A DNA stretch of 64,000 bases from the NCBI RefSeq assembly GCF_009914755.1, contig NC_060933.1; one strand, given 5' to 3'. Positions 1-13,939 of the stretch are shown in pieces. A program made the position numbers and the translations under genes. The number at the start of each line of letters is the position of its first letter. Position 1 is the first letter of the stretch. The stretch is from the human T2T-CHM13v2.0 reference genome, Homo sapiens. The notes beneath the pieces were generated by a model. That model was not told where the DNA came from, ran no database searches, and saw only the letters and a program-made list of their open reading frames with translations.

Positions 1-421
1 ACAAACTAGGTGGCTTAAACAACAGAATTTTCTGTTTCAGTTCTGAAGTCTAGAAGTTCAAGATCAAGGTGTCAGCAGGGCTGGCTCCTTCTGAGGGCTA
101 TGAGGAAGAATCTGTTCCATCTATCTCCTCTAGCTTCTGTTGGTTTGCTGACAATCTTTGGCAGTCCTTGGCTTGTGGAAGCAATACTCCAAGTCTGACC
201 ATGATCTTCTCCTGATATTCTTCCTCTGTGTGTGTGTCTGTGTCCAAACTTCTCTAATTTGTCTAAGAACACCAGTCATATTGGATTGGGGCCTGTCCTA
301 ATGACTTGATCTTAACTAATTACATCTTCAAAATACTATTTCTAAATAAGGTCACATTCTGAGGTACTGGGACTGGGATTTCAGCATATAAATTTTGGGA
401 GGCGCAGTTCAACCTATAACA
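1..421 (-). mobile_element. MLT1C-like MaLR solo LTR (runs off window start)
   Basis: Reverse complement of MLT1 LTR: GGTGGCTTAAACAACAGAA...AAGATCAAGGTGTCAGCAGGG...AAATAAGGTCACATTCTGAGGTACTGGG...TTCAACCTATAACA end. Confidence 0.88.
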
Positions 422-2415
422 GACACTTAGTGCCATGATATATATAAAAGGAACAATATGTGAATAAACTGAATGCTGAGCATGTTTAAATGTTGGCATA
501 TCAAATTAACAAAGTAGAATGTGGAGCAATTAAAATTGTAAAGATGAAGAGCCTCCAAAGTGAAATTATTTATTTAAAGAAACTTTTTTTTTACTGGTAC
601 AACTATGAAAGCTACATATATGTGATAAATGGTTGATGGAAATATACATAAGTAAATCTAATTAGGGGATTAAGGCCAGAAATTGGGATGAATCATTAAC
701 ATTCCTTTTAAGATGTTTATTTAATAGTAATGTGAATATTGAAAAGGGAATTATTGTGGTAAACCACTGAACCTATATTTTTTTTCCTTGGGGAGAGCCT
801 GATTCACAAGCAGAAACCTCATTAAGCCACTCCCAATGATACCTAAATCAAAAGCAGTCACTCAGGAGCAAGAGGAATATAGTTCTAATAGCAGGAACAC
901 AAATTGAGCACATTCAATATCTGAGAAGAATGTTTCATTCTCTTGAAAACTACCTACACACATAAAAACTCAATACAGGTGGCAGTAGCCAGTGTGCACA
1001 GGGGAGCAACTCTACTTGCCACAGAACATTCAAGTGCAGGAAAAACAATTAATTTCCATTACTCAGTTCTACAAATGACAAAAAAAAAAAACTTCATCTA
1101 CTCATACATGGATATTGAAAAGAGCTTTAATATGGAATGAGTGATCATTTGTAATTGGAGATGCTTATTGGGCTCTCTGAATAGGAATTAGAAAAATCTA
1201 TAGGAAGTTTTACCATATTAACATTTTTTTATCTCTAGGTTTAGGCACTATGATCCTTACCTAGTAAACCAAACCTCTTAGAGAAAAACTAGCATTCCCT
1301 TCAATTTTACAGTGCTTTTCAGTTTAGCTCTTTCCTAGCTGATACATGAGATGTTTGTAATTTTGTTAATCATTCAATTAATTAATACAGTGTGTGGAGT
1401 GAAATCCAAATGATTCCAGGGGTATCAACATATCCAGGGAGTTCAGAGAAGAGTGGGAAGTTTTCAGTGCCAATGAGTAGTTTTGAAAATCTGTAATTTC
1501 AAAAATATTAGGAAGATTCCTGAGTAAAGAAAGCAAAAATTTCATTTAGACGTATTCTTTCCTTTTCTCCTAAATCTTATCTCTTCCCATTTCTCTTAAT
1601 CATATCTCATGAAGCGTAATCTTATGAAGGTATAGTGAAAGGAGAAAGGACAAAGAAAATGTGAATGAGTTGGGCATTATTGAAGGGGGCCTACCTAACA
1701 CAAAAATTTTTGCAAAACTACTCCTTAAACTAGACTTGAAATATTGTATTGGCACATGTTTTATGTCAGAAGCTATCCATTGGTCATTAATCTATGCTAA
1801 AATTTTGCAATCTAGTCCTTCTTCTGTGTTCTCTGTATTGCCCCCCGTAACCTCTACAGTCATTTAGAAAGTTATAGGAGAGTTCTGTTAGCTATTATCA
1901 TGGACAATTACTTGATTGACTAAATATAAAAGAAAATTAAACTTCTTTCTCAAGAATTCTAAAATTATATTTAGAATTTGATTTAATAAACATTTGCTGA
2001 GTACCAGCCATCTTTATGACTCTAAACTGAAAATGCAGAAAATAAATAGGTACATTGATATAGAGATGACTGATGAGAAGCATGATTTCAAATTATATTG
2101 TGTATCAGATTTAACTGGGACTCATATTAGTAAGGTAGATTCTGTCATCCTGCTGAGATTTTTCCAATTCAGTAGAGCTACATCAGCAATGAGAAATAAA
2201 CACTCAAATACCTACACCAGTCTAACTACTCCATGGGCCATATTTTGAGAATTACTGATCTAAATGAAAGAAGTAATAGAAATGTAAATTTTAAAAACAC
2301 AAGGTACGCTCAAATGTCAAACTATGAAAGAAAAGTAATATAATTAGTAAAGAAGCAGTCTATGGATTCAGGACACCTACATTTATTTATTTATTTGATT
2401 TCTTATTGCCAATTA

Positions 2416-4345
2416 TTTTAACATCTTTACTGAGATATAATTGATATCCAAGAGCTGCACATATGTAATATATACTATTTGAGGGGTTTAAACATATGCA
2501 AATACCCATTATACCACCACCACTATCAAGATAATAAACATATCCAACATATTCCAGAGTTTCCTTATGTTTCTGTTTTGTTTTGTTTTTGCTATATGAA
2601 CACATAACATGAGATCTACCATCTTAACAAATTTTAAAGTGCAAAATACTGTATTTTTAACTATAGGTTCCATGTTGTACAGCAGATCTCTAGAACTCAT
2701 TCATTGAGCATAACTGAAACATTCTACTCACAGACAAACAACTCTCCATTTTCCCCAACCCTTAGCCCATGTAAATCAATGCTATATTTTCTGTTTCTAT
2801 GATTATGAATATTTTAGATTCCTTATATAAGTGGAATAATGAACTATGTAATATTTCTGTGATTGGCTTATTTCACTTGAATAATTTTCTACAATTTTAT
2901 CCATATTGTTGCAAATGGCATGAATGTATTTTTATTAAGGCTGAATAATTTTCCACTGTATGTATACGCCACATTTTCTTTATCCATTCATATATTAATG
3001 GACATTTGAGTTGTTTCCACATGATGGCTATGTTGAATAGTGCTGCAATGATCATGGGGATAAAGCTGTTTCTCAAGATCCCAATTTCACTTTTTTTTTT
3101 TTTGATATATACCCAGAATTGGGATTGCTGGATCACATGATAGTTTATTTTTAAAAAATTTTCAGGAATCTCCATGTTGTTTTCATAGCTCTACATCGTT
3201 TTACGTTCCTACAAACAGTTTACAAGGATTCCAATTTCACCACAACCTCATCAAAACTTCTTATCTTTAGTTTGTTTTTTTAAAAAATAACAGCCAACCT
3301 AACAGGTGTGAAATTATATCTCATTGGTATTTTTAATTTGCATTTTCCTGATAATTAATAATGTTGAACATCTTTTGCATACTGGTTGGCCATTTGTAGG
3401 TGTAATTCAGAGAGATTTCTTTTCAAGTTCTTTGTCAATTTTTAATTGGGTTATTAGTTTTTTTTGCTATTTAGTTATAGGTGTTTCTTATATTTTTTTA
3501 AATGAACTATTTATCAGATATATGGTTTGCCAATATTTTCTCCCGTTCTGTAAGTTGCCTCTTCATTCTATTAATTGTTTTCTGTGCTGTGAAGAAGAAA
3601 CTTTTTAGTTTGATGTAGTCATACGTTATTTTTGCTTTTGTTGCCTGTGCTTGTTGCTTGTCTCATATACAAGAAATCATTCCCAAGACCATATACAGAA
3701 GAGTTACCCCTTCATTTTCTTACAGGAGTTTCACAGTTTCAGGTTTTAAGTTTGTCTTAAGTTTGTCTTCTTCTTGCATGTGTATATCTAGTTTTCTTTT
3801 TTTCATGTGTATGTCCAGTTTTTCCAACACCATATGCCAAAAAGACTATCTTTTTCCCACTGTGTGTTTTTGGCATCCTTGTTGTAGATCAGTTGACTGT
3901 GTAAGTGTTGCTTTATTTCTAGGTTCTCTATTCTATCTTATAGTCTTATAATTTGAAATCAGAAAGTGTGATGCCTCCAGCTTTATTCTTCCTGATCAAG
4001 ATTACTTTGGCTTTTGGGGTTCTTTTATGGTTCCAGATGAATCTTAGGATTGTTTTTCCTATTTCTGTGAAAAATGCCATTGAGATTTTGATAGGGATTG
4101 CTTTGAACTTGTAGATTGCTTTGAGTAGTTTGGGTGTTTAAACAATGCTGAGTTTTCTGATCCATAAACATGAGATGTCTTTTTATGTACTTGTGTCTTC
4201 TTTAATTTATTTTATTAATATTTTGTAGTTTTCAATGTACAAATCTTTCACATTCTGGGTTAGCTTTACTACTAATAATTTTTTATTTTTGATGGTATTA
4301 TAAATGTGATCATTTTCTTAATTTTCTTTTCATGGTTCATTGACT
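2416..4345 (-). mobile_element. L1MA/L1MB-type LINE-1, 3' UTR and ORF2 C-terminal part, 5' truncated
   Basis: L1M 3' end motifs (TGTTGTACAGCAGATCTCTAGAAC, GAGATCTACCATCTTAAC). Minus-strand ORF 2897-3175 resembles the degenerate ORF2 C-terminus (WKQLKCP..EWIKKMW). Frameshifts and small internal duplications near 3748-3825. Confidence 0.92.
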
Positions 4346-7300
4346 CTTCTAGGTAGTGGAGATTATAAAAGATATTTTCTTTTTAAGATTATCATGATAA
4401 TGTTATAAGAAAATATACATCAAGTGTCTAACAAGAACAGAAGTCTATTTCTTTAAAATTCTTTTTCTTCCTCTTCCCTATACAAGTAGAGTAAGTGAAA
4501 TGCTAGAGGTAAAAGGTTGTGAACATTCCTTTTTTGTTGTTGTTTTTTTTAACAGTTTCAGTTCTCCTTAGAAACTAAGTGATTCTGAAGACACCAACAA
4601 TTGGATTGCCAGGATATTTACAGTGGAAGCTAACCCACCATGGACAGTTGTTAATGCGTTTGACTTGCTAAAGCACTTTAAGAATCTAAAACAAAAATTG
4701 ACAAGTAAAGAGACAAAAAGATACTTTCTAAGGCTATATTAAAATACAAAAGCACATCCTTATGCTAATATGGCAAAGTACAATTTTCTAGGAGCTGTAA
4801 TAGGTAGAAAATTAGATGATAAACAACCGGCAGTGCAATATATTTAATCAAGGGCATCACAAGATTTCAGAACGTAAAAAGTGACCTCTAGAAGTATAGA
4901 TTAGTGCAATTTTATCTAGGAAAAAGTCTCATAATTCAAATAAATATGTATTTGGATAAACTATCCCTTGGAGTGAGAAAGAGGCAGGGAGGGAGAGCAT
5001 AGATGAACTCCAGCCACTGTTTCTGAGGTGATGTTTTGTACATGTAGGTTAGTGAGGGGACATCAAAGCAGCTTGTTAAGTAGGATACAATAGATTTAAT
5101 TATCTATATTAAAAGCTACAAAGAGCATACAAACTTCTTTCAACAACTTTAGCACCAAACACAGGTTCATAAAAAACAGCATTAAATCCAATGCAAAATT
5201 ATGAAAGCAAAAGTCCCAGTTCACTTTTAGAGTCACCGAATAGCTCTCAAGTCGGAAAAGCCTACCACAACAAGCAACCTGATGCACAAATGTGGGGAAA
5301 TAATGTAGCCATTAGAAAGTTTGAAACTGAGGCTGCTGGGAAGGCGAATAAATCATTCATATAGACCTGGACTCTAGAAGAAGGGATGGCTGACTTTGAA
5401 TGTGAATGTAAACGGTGATTTCAGTTGCCATTGATTCACTGCAATGAAAATTTTATTTTACGAAAAGTAATTGAATTGAGTACAGAAACAACTACAGTTG
5501 ATTACATTTTCTAGAGTATTGCTATTTGTGTTGTGAAGCTGATATCTTAGCAAATTAGCACATCTGTAAGCATTCCCCTTGGGCTTGCTAACTGGACATG
5601 AAGCAACTGATAGTTGGTGCTGACACAATAGATTAAACTGAAAATTTTGGAAACCATAAAAGTCATGCAGGCATTATCAAGAATCAGCACTCTTTCTTAC
5701 TATAAAGTTTGTAACTCTTTTGGAATCATTCCACCATGCCATTCTTTTCTGTGCCTTGGTTCAAGGAATGGAAAACCCAACATTCATAAATCTGAAAGTA
5801 CTGGAAGTTGCACTACTCCCAGCTTTGGAGTCTTACTCATCTCTAACTCATTCAACCCAGAAACCTCTACATTTTGCCCTTACTACAGCTGTACATATTT
5901 GGTGGAAATAGTATATCCCTGCAATTCACATTAGAGACATATTCTAAAACCATAGTGAATGATTTTGAGCTAGCCAGTAAACAAATTGAAGTTTGTTAAA
6001 ATTCATTCTGGTGTTCTAAATGAATCTCCTCCCACCTCCTCCATCTACAGTAATCATGTGGATTAAACAGCAAGAATAGTTTTGTTCAATACGTTCACCC
6101 TGTGGCAATGTAGCTGATTACATTAGAAATAACCTACTAATGAAACGACTACACAAATTATCATCCTGAACTATTTAGGCCAGTTCACAACTGGATATGC
6201 CCTTTATGCTGGCTAATTACATGCACATAATGCCAAGATAAAGGAGACTGTCATTCTAATACAATGTTGGAAGATGGCTTAATCTTACTTTGGACTGGTA
6301 TTTTCGTCAATAAATGAGAAACAATGTTGGCAATGATGTCAAGATGGGCAACTAAAAATGTTTGAATCCTGAAAGATCTCATGTATGGACCAAAATAGAC
6401 AAAATGAAAAACCTATAAAGCAGTAGACAACAGATAAATCATAATTACTGGGGAGGAATAGTTTTGAAAATAGTTAGTCCCAGTTGGCCCTTTATGTTTA
6501 AAATAATAAAGATGGGTTTATGACCACAACATACAATAAGGACTTCAGAAGGAAAATGATAGTTAGCACACCATTTCTTTCATTGCAGTTGTACAAAATT
6601 TACTTTTTAATGTTAGAGTTCTTAAAATGGAAACAACTTGACAAAATATTCATCATGAAATTTTGAGACCAAAATGAAATGCAAGAAAAGAACACATTAA
6701 CCGTTCTTCACAACACTTAAGGAGGAATAAAGCAACTCAAAGGTCACCATCTTAGTACAGCATAGTTCTCTTATTTAGAATTGGGTTATTAGAGCCATTG
6801 TTAACGCTGCTCAGAAAAACACTGAGAACAAAAAATCCATTGTAGATAAAGTGATTGAAACCTTAGCTAAAGGGTGCTTGTTACCTTAATCATTGTTTGA
6901 AAGAATATACAGCAGGGGAAAAAATACATTTTCATATACAGTTTTGATTTTTTTTTTTTTTTTGCTATAAGAGTATAATCTGTGAAGGATTTTATAAAGA
7001 ATATTGAGAGGTCTTTTGCAAACATTATTCCATTTAAATATTTTTTAATAATATTTAGAAAAACAAAAAGGTGTATTATATTACCTAAACTTTGAAACAA
7101 AGACAAAATGTACAATCTGTGACCCAATCAACTCACCCTATTGATTGATCCATATAGTACACTTGCATTATGGCTGATTAGCTGTGAATGACATAAACCA
7201 AATGTCAATATCTAACCTTGAAGATAAATTCCAATCATTTTTCAGATCCTTGACTTGTGTGCCAACATGCATTTTTAAAGTTTAAAAAAAAATCTAAGAA

Positions 7301-7674
7301 TCAATTATTACATTAAGTAAGATTCTTGTCTTTATTTTTCTTTTTTCTTAATTTTCCTCAGTGAACATGTATTACCTTTTAATCTGATAAAGAATGTAAC
7401 ATTTTTACAAGTTGTCATGCATGTTGTCTGGAATATTATGGGTATTTATTTAATAATTGTTTGCATTTGTTAGTAGCAAATTAGATTATCTGCTAACACT
7501 ATCATGTAATATGAAGATATAAGCAATCCATATACCTCTTTCTAATAGACTTGTTTAGCATGTTTGCCTGAGACTAATTTATATTTAGAATATTTTATAC
7601 TTACTCATCATCCAGATATTTTCAAGTCAGAGCCTGTAAGACAATGTGTTGGAGAGACTGTACTATATTCAGGG

Positions 7675-7970
7675 AAGTGCTTTCCAAACTGTACAACAAT
7701 TTGGAACACCAATTTGGAACATCCTCTGAAAATAAATTCTGCAGTAAAATAAAATTTGTTGAATTTTATTTCTAACCTTTTGATGAAGCTTGCCTTTCTT
7801 CAGAAGAATTCTAACTCTTATTTGCCTATAAAAATACCTATGAAAATCTTTAATATTTTGAAGTGTGTGTCTCTCAAAAATATGTTTCTCTATAGGACCT
7901 TTCATGCATGATAAGCAACTACTAACATCCCACAAATTGGTGTTCTAAAACACGTGCCTTGCAAACACTG
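7675..7970. mobile_element. hAT-Charlie family MITE (degraded)
   Basis: Imperfect terminal inverted repeats AGTGCTTTCCAAAC...TTGCAAACACTG with internal GGAACAC/GTGTTC sub-terminal repeats. Confidence 0.5.
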
Positions 7971-8910
7971 ACTCTGAAGAGTGATGACAAGAAGGAAATG
8001 AACCCTTTTGGACATTTTATGAAAAGTATTTTATCTTGTTTATAGCCTATCTATACAAAGTAACTGAAATAATATACAGTATATATTTCATCAAAGTGTT
8101 AAATGTTTGAGCGACATTCAATATTCTATTAAATTTAATGTGAAGTAAGCAACTGATTGCATCAATCTCTTAGGAGTCATTCTCAGTTATATTTGTCATA
8201 GCAGCAGCCCTCTGTAGAACTCGATATATAAGAACAAATCAGCATTATGAATTGTAAGAAGGTGGAGAGATGGCCATTATAAATCTAAATATTAGTGTGC
8301 TTCTAAATTACTGGATAGTGTTCAACATTGAACAGAATTTTATTTAAAATGCAGAAATGACTGAATGGTATAGGCCAGGCAATTTTATACTTAATCACTA
8401 TAACCAAGAGCTTACAGTCATCATTGGTAATCCTTGCATTAAGAGATCAAATAGGTTTTTGAAATAAACACTTTCATTTTGTTCTTCTAAATACTTCTGT
8501 GTTAGGACTAGTATGTGCCAGACTTAGCAAAAGATTCACCTTAATCAGTACCACTGTAGCAGGGGGAAGATTGGTCCAGTGATTAATTTCATGTTGTACT
8601 CATGGGAACAAAACAGTTGAGTATATTTGTCTCTATAATCCCTTTTCCCAGATGTAATTACAAATGGAATTGATCAACCCATCTGTTTCTAGTGAGGCTG
8701 AAGCAGGCATATTAGAACTGCTAGGGTACGTAATAACTTAGTACAGATCATCAGTCCTTGGGGCTACAGGGAATTGGATATTAGAATCTTATTTTAAAAG
8801 AAAACAATTTTTCTTTTTCAAGTTCCTTCCTTCTTGTCAAGTTTCAACAAATTTCTCTTCTAGCATCTCTGTAGAGTCTTGTGAAGGAAAGTTAATAACT
8901 ATATGTTTAT

Positions 8911-9133
8911 CAGCAGCATGATAGAGCTAGAAGAATAATAGGTTTTGAAGACAGACAGACTTTCTTGACAATATTCAAATTGCTATAAACTCACCTTCTT
9001 GGAGCATCAACTACGTCATCTTTATAATGTGAACAATGATATTTAGCTAACAGAGCTATTAAAAAGATTACACAAGATCATCTTTCTAAAGCAACCAGAC
9101 ATTTCCAGAGAAATTGAGAGCAATTAATAAAAG
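8911..9133 (+). mobile_element. MIR SINE (degraded)
   Basis: GCAGCATG..AGAAGAATAATAGGTTTTGAAGACAGACAGAC head and diverged core/tail. Confidence 0.6.
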
Positions 9134-10828
9134 CGAATCTTCAAACTTTATATACTATTTTTGCTGTGTAACTGCTATAGCATATTTTGACGAAAGTTCA
9201 TATTTAATATACATGCCTTACTGAGCAATTTTAAAACTCAACACCCTCAAAATATGTATCCTAGACCAATTTCTTCAGCTTAGCCTGCATACCAAATAAA
9301 TAAGGAAAAAAATGTCGTTGAACTACATAAAAATCTGCCCTTGATGTCTACAATCTCCTTAGAAGCATATTGATGCCAGTATAATTACAGTTACTGAAAT
9401 CACACATATCAGTCTTCACGCAAGATTATGAGCAACTGTAGGTACAAAATAAAAGACTAAGATCTAAGTATTTTCACTAATATGCATTTTTGAAAATTAG
9501 AAATGTAAAAGAGATCCAAGTATCTTGATTAATCCATATTTTTGAAAATTTCAACTTATGAGTTTTTTGCATATATACATATTTCATTTAATATTACTTT
9601 GCTCATCGTTGATTCAATACAATGCTCTGACTAGTTTCCTAAGATATTTGTATGTGTGTGTATCTTGTGAATGTTTTCCACAAGTTTTAGGGACTAGCAT
9701 ACTCCCTCATTTAATGACTGCCAAAGCTAGCGTGGCAGATAGTGTAGTGCTGTAAATTTTCTACCAAGGAGCTTTCATGTACCATCTACAAACATTCTCA
9801 GCCAATGAGCAGTTCATCACCCAAGGTGATGTGAGCATGTTCTACAATGTGTATTTTTACACCACAGTGGCCTTACTTTCTGTCACTTATTTTGTACTCT
9901 CCAACAGTTTTGATTTCTAATACCTGACAAGAGTTGTGCAGAAGAGAAGTTATATCTGCCACAAGGAACCATCACTCTGTGTGTTAAAATTCTAGTCGTA
10001 CAAAACTTCATAGTATCTGTAAGATAATTATTGATGAAGTAAAGAAAAAAATCAGTAGGCAATTAGGTAGAAGGTAGAAACACTCTAACATTGAGAAGGG
10101 AATTGTAAATTTCATTGAAACCTAACATAGGCTGGATTAGCAAATATAGAAAGACAATGTAGCCTGTCGTGGTCTCAAGGAATCTGAAGAGAATGGCAGA
10201 AAGACTAGAAATGGAGAAAAACTATCTTCAATGAGGACTGTGCCATAAAGACCCTCCAAATCTCCATTTTGGTTAAAATATTCACTACTGGGCTCCATCT
10301 CTCTCTTTTTTGTTTGTTTCTCTCTCTCCCTCTTTTCTCCCTCTGTAGACACACCCATTTGCATCAGCTTTCCAGGAAATGTGTATAACTATTACATAAC
10401 TTCAACTGCATTCATTCATTTTAATTTGCTATCAAACAAAATCATGTTTCAAATGTTTATTATTTGTATTTACCTCTTATTTTAAATTTTGTCTTTACAG
10501 TGAACATGATAACATTTATTCTATCCTTAAATGTTAATGCCCTGAAAATTACCTAGTCACCTCTGACCACAGAGACTTGTCAATGATTTTTCTTTTTGGT
10601 CTGAACTGAGAAGTGATTATTTTCTTCTAAATATTGAAAATATAAATTTTTTTCGAGTAAAAAAATTTAATAAGATTTTTGAACTAAGATAATTATCTCT
10701 CAATATGCATAACATTATTTGCTCCTAATTGTTTTAGTGATTGGGAGGAGTTTCATCCTACTTTGCAAACCAGTTATGTATTTCTCTGTTCAGTTTTTTA
10801 TAGGTATGCATCCTCTTAGAAAGCTTTC

Positions 10829-10998
10829 TTATTTTATTTTACTTTTTTGGACACAGGGTCTCGCTGTCACCCAAGCTGGAGTGCAGTAGCGCAAGCATAG
10901 CTCAGTGCAGCCTTGAACTCCAGGGCTCAAGCAATTAATTCACCCACGTTGGCCTCTGAAAGTGTTGAGATTACAGGTGTGAGCCTCCGTGCCTGGCC
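10829..10998 (-). mobile_element. Alu monomer (FRAM-like or internally deleted AluJ)
   Basis: About 150 bp with Alu 5' end (GGCCAGGCACGG on minus strand), right-arm 3' end and T-rich tail; no central A-linker. Confidence 0.85.
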
Positions 10999-11107
10999 AA
11001 AACCATTTTTATAAATATAGCCAGTAGTGGTTGTGTCACTTACAACATCTTTGATTGCCAGTGACAGAAAATACAACCTAAACTGGCTTATAATAAAGGA
11101 TAATGTA

Positions 11108-11551
<444 letters not shown>

Positions 11552-11700
11552 CTATCTCTTATCTTTGTGAACTTTTAGATGGCTTTCTTCTCAGATAAGT
11601 AGCAAGATGTTTACATCTTGAGAGGTAAAATTTACCTCTAAATTTTACATCTTGTGTTGTTCAAATATTTTCTACTTAAGCAAAGCCCTATGGCAAATAC

Positions 11701-12007
<307 letters not shown>

Positions 12008-12543
12008 TAAATTCTGAATGGTCTAATCGGCATGGATTTAGCCAGTAGATTGGAATGCATTAAGTATCTTTTAGGTCTAGCTGGCATGTCTTACTGATAG
12101 ATGGAGATGGAATCAGCTTTACTCAAAGCACAAACATTGAAGCCACAGTGGGAGAAAAATAATTAACTGGGTACTACTGGATTAGCTGGGTACTCTCACT
12201 AAAGGAAGAAAGAATGTGTGCTGAATGGCCCTGCAAAAAAGTAAATACTATTCAGCTGCAAATCTTATTTTTACAAAAGTATCATTTTAAATAGAAACAT
12301 TTATATTTGAGCCATACTCTTCCTTTGTATACCTCCTCTTGTCCCAACACATGGTGGTCATGGTGGCAGAGTGTTTCTGCTTTTGGAAAAGGCTGTATTA
12401 CAGATGTAGATGAATCTGAAAGTTAGACTGAGGACCCCCTAAGGAAATGGAACCTTTTGATCTCTGGCCTTGATTGACAGCTATTTGAGTGAACAAAAAC
12501 CTGGAAGTATTTCTCTAAAGTTTCAGATTAGATGCTAATTTTC

Positions 12544-12564
12544 GTTGTTGTTGTTGTTGTTGTT
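12544..12564. repeat. (GTT)7 microsatellite
   Basis: Direct read. Confidence 0.9.
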
Positions 12565-12627
12565 TGTTTTTGTTTTTTAACATGGACAAGCTTTGCCTCT
12601 TCCTTAATGGATGACATTTTCCTAAAA

Positions 12628-12800
12628 GATGTATTGAATTTAAAATGCCATTGATTGTAAAACCTAACATCTCTTGTACAACTGGGACGAGAAAAGTAGC
12701 CAGTTAAATTATGGAACAGCGTTAATTATAGCATGCCTCCAGATATGTGAGATATTACAATGGGAGAAAATTGTGCTTCTTACAATTGATGCTATAAGTA
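12628..12800 (-). mobile_element. MER104-like TcMar-Tc2 MITE
   Basis: ATGCCATTGATTGTAA...CCAGTTAAATTATG...TCTTACAATTGATG matches recalled MER104 internal/terminal repeats. Confidence 0.7.
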
Positions 12801-12824
12801 GGGTAATATTTACATTGGGTTATA

Positions 12825-13070
12825 TATTGTAATTGTTTAAGCCATGCACTTTGGAATCAGAGAGATCTGGGTTTGAGACCCAAATTTTCACATACAAGTA
12901 GTTTCACCACACCAAATTGCTTACCTTGTCTTTGGTTTCCTTATACGTAAGAAGTAAAATAATATATTAATGATATAGGGTTGTGAGGATTTAAAACAGA
13001 TAACACACAAAAAGCCCATAACTTATAATAACTATCACTTAGTCAGCATTCAATAATCTTAACTGTTATT
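12825..13070 (+). mobile_element. MIR SINE
   Basis: CTTTGGAATCAGAGAGATCTGGGTTTGA head and ATAGGGTTGTGAGGATT tail. Confidence 0.8.
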
Positions 13071-13604
13071 GGAATTAATCTGGATATATATAGTCCAAAT
13101 AGATTAAAAGTACGCAGATATTCAAACACATTTGGAAACAAGACTTTGGAATGCTCACTCTCCTACCCACAGGCTTTTGAATTATTATCTAACCACCTGC
13201 TTTATATTTCTGAAAGGGTTGCCATAAGCCATTATCCATAAACTGGTCATTCTACCTCAATCACATTTTATTCCTCCAAAAATTACCCTTCTTCTTTCAT
13301 CGTTGTCTTTTCCAAATCTCCATACTCTCTTTAGATTTCCTCCTTCTTCATCTTCCTTAAACTCCTTGGGGTGGCCACTAGACCTATTGACAGATATCCC
13401 TTTTCTCCCTCTTCCTGATACATAGGATGACCACACCTGCATGCCTCTTTGACTTTAGACATGCCTAGATATTTTGTTTTGATCCAGGAAATGTAAGCAA
13501 AAGGTCAATTTTGAGAAAATTTTATGTTGGGGCCAGGGAGCCATTCACCAGCTCCCTTTTCTTACCTAGTTTATGTAAAAACCTGTAAAGGCAAAGTTTT
13601 TGTC

Positions 13605-13739
13605 AGCACTGATGCCTGAGTGAATACCATTGGTCAAGAGTTTTCGCATCCAACAGGGATTGGGAATGAGAAATATACTTTTGTTGTGTAAGGTCTTTGA
13701 GATTTGGTGTGTTGCTTCTGATCATAGCAAAATCCAGAC
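13605..13739 (+). mobile_element. MLT1 (H/I/J-like) LTR 3' fragment
   Basis: GAGAAATATACTTTTGTTGTGTAAGG..TGAGATTTGG; last bases (TATCTTCACTAATA) follow the MER20 insertion. Confidence 0.6.
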
Positions 13740-13939
13740 CAGTAGTTCTCAACCAAGGACAAATTTGCTTCCCAGAAAGCACTTGACACTGTCTGTAAAC
13801 ATTTTTGGCTGTCACAACTGGGGGCAGCGGTGCTACCGGCATTCAGTAGAGGTCAGCAATGCTACAAGGCACAGGGCAGCCCCAGAGTTCAGAATTATCT
13901 GGACCAAAATATAACCATTGTCAAGACGGAGAAAATTTG
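13740..13939 (+). mobile_element. MER20 hAT-Charlie DNA transposon
   Basis: CAGTAGTTCTCAACC 5' TIR, ACATTTTTGGCTGTCACAACTGGGG, GAATTATCTGGACCAAAAT, GAGAAAATTTG 3' end. Confidence 0.9.

Noticed and set aside
2897-3175. ORF resembling L1 ORF2 C-terminus
   Set aside because: Decayed, frameshifted L1M fragment; not a functional gene.
7697-7721. Short direct repeats (also 3748-3769, 59501-59540, 60118-60140, 63190-63216)
   Set aside because: Ordinary 11-16 bp slippage duplications, mostly inside decayed TEs.
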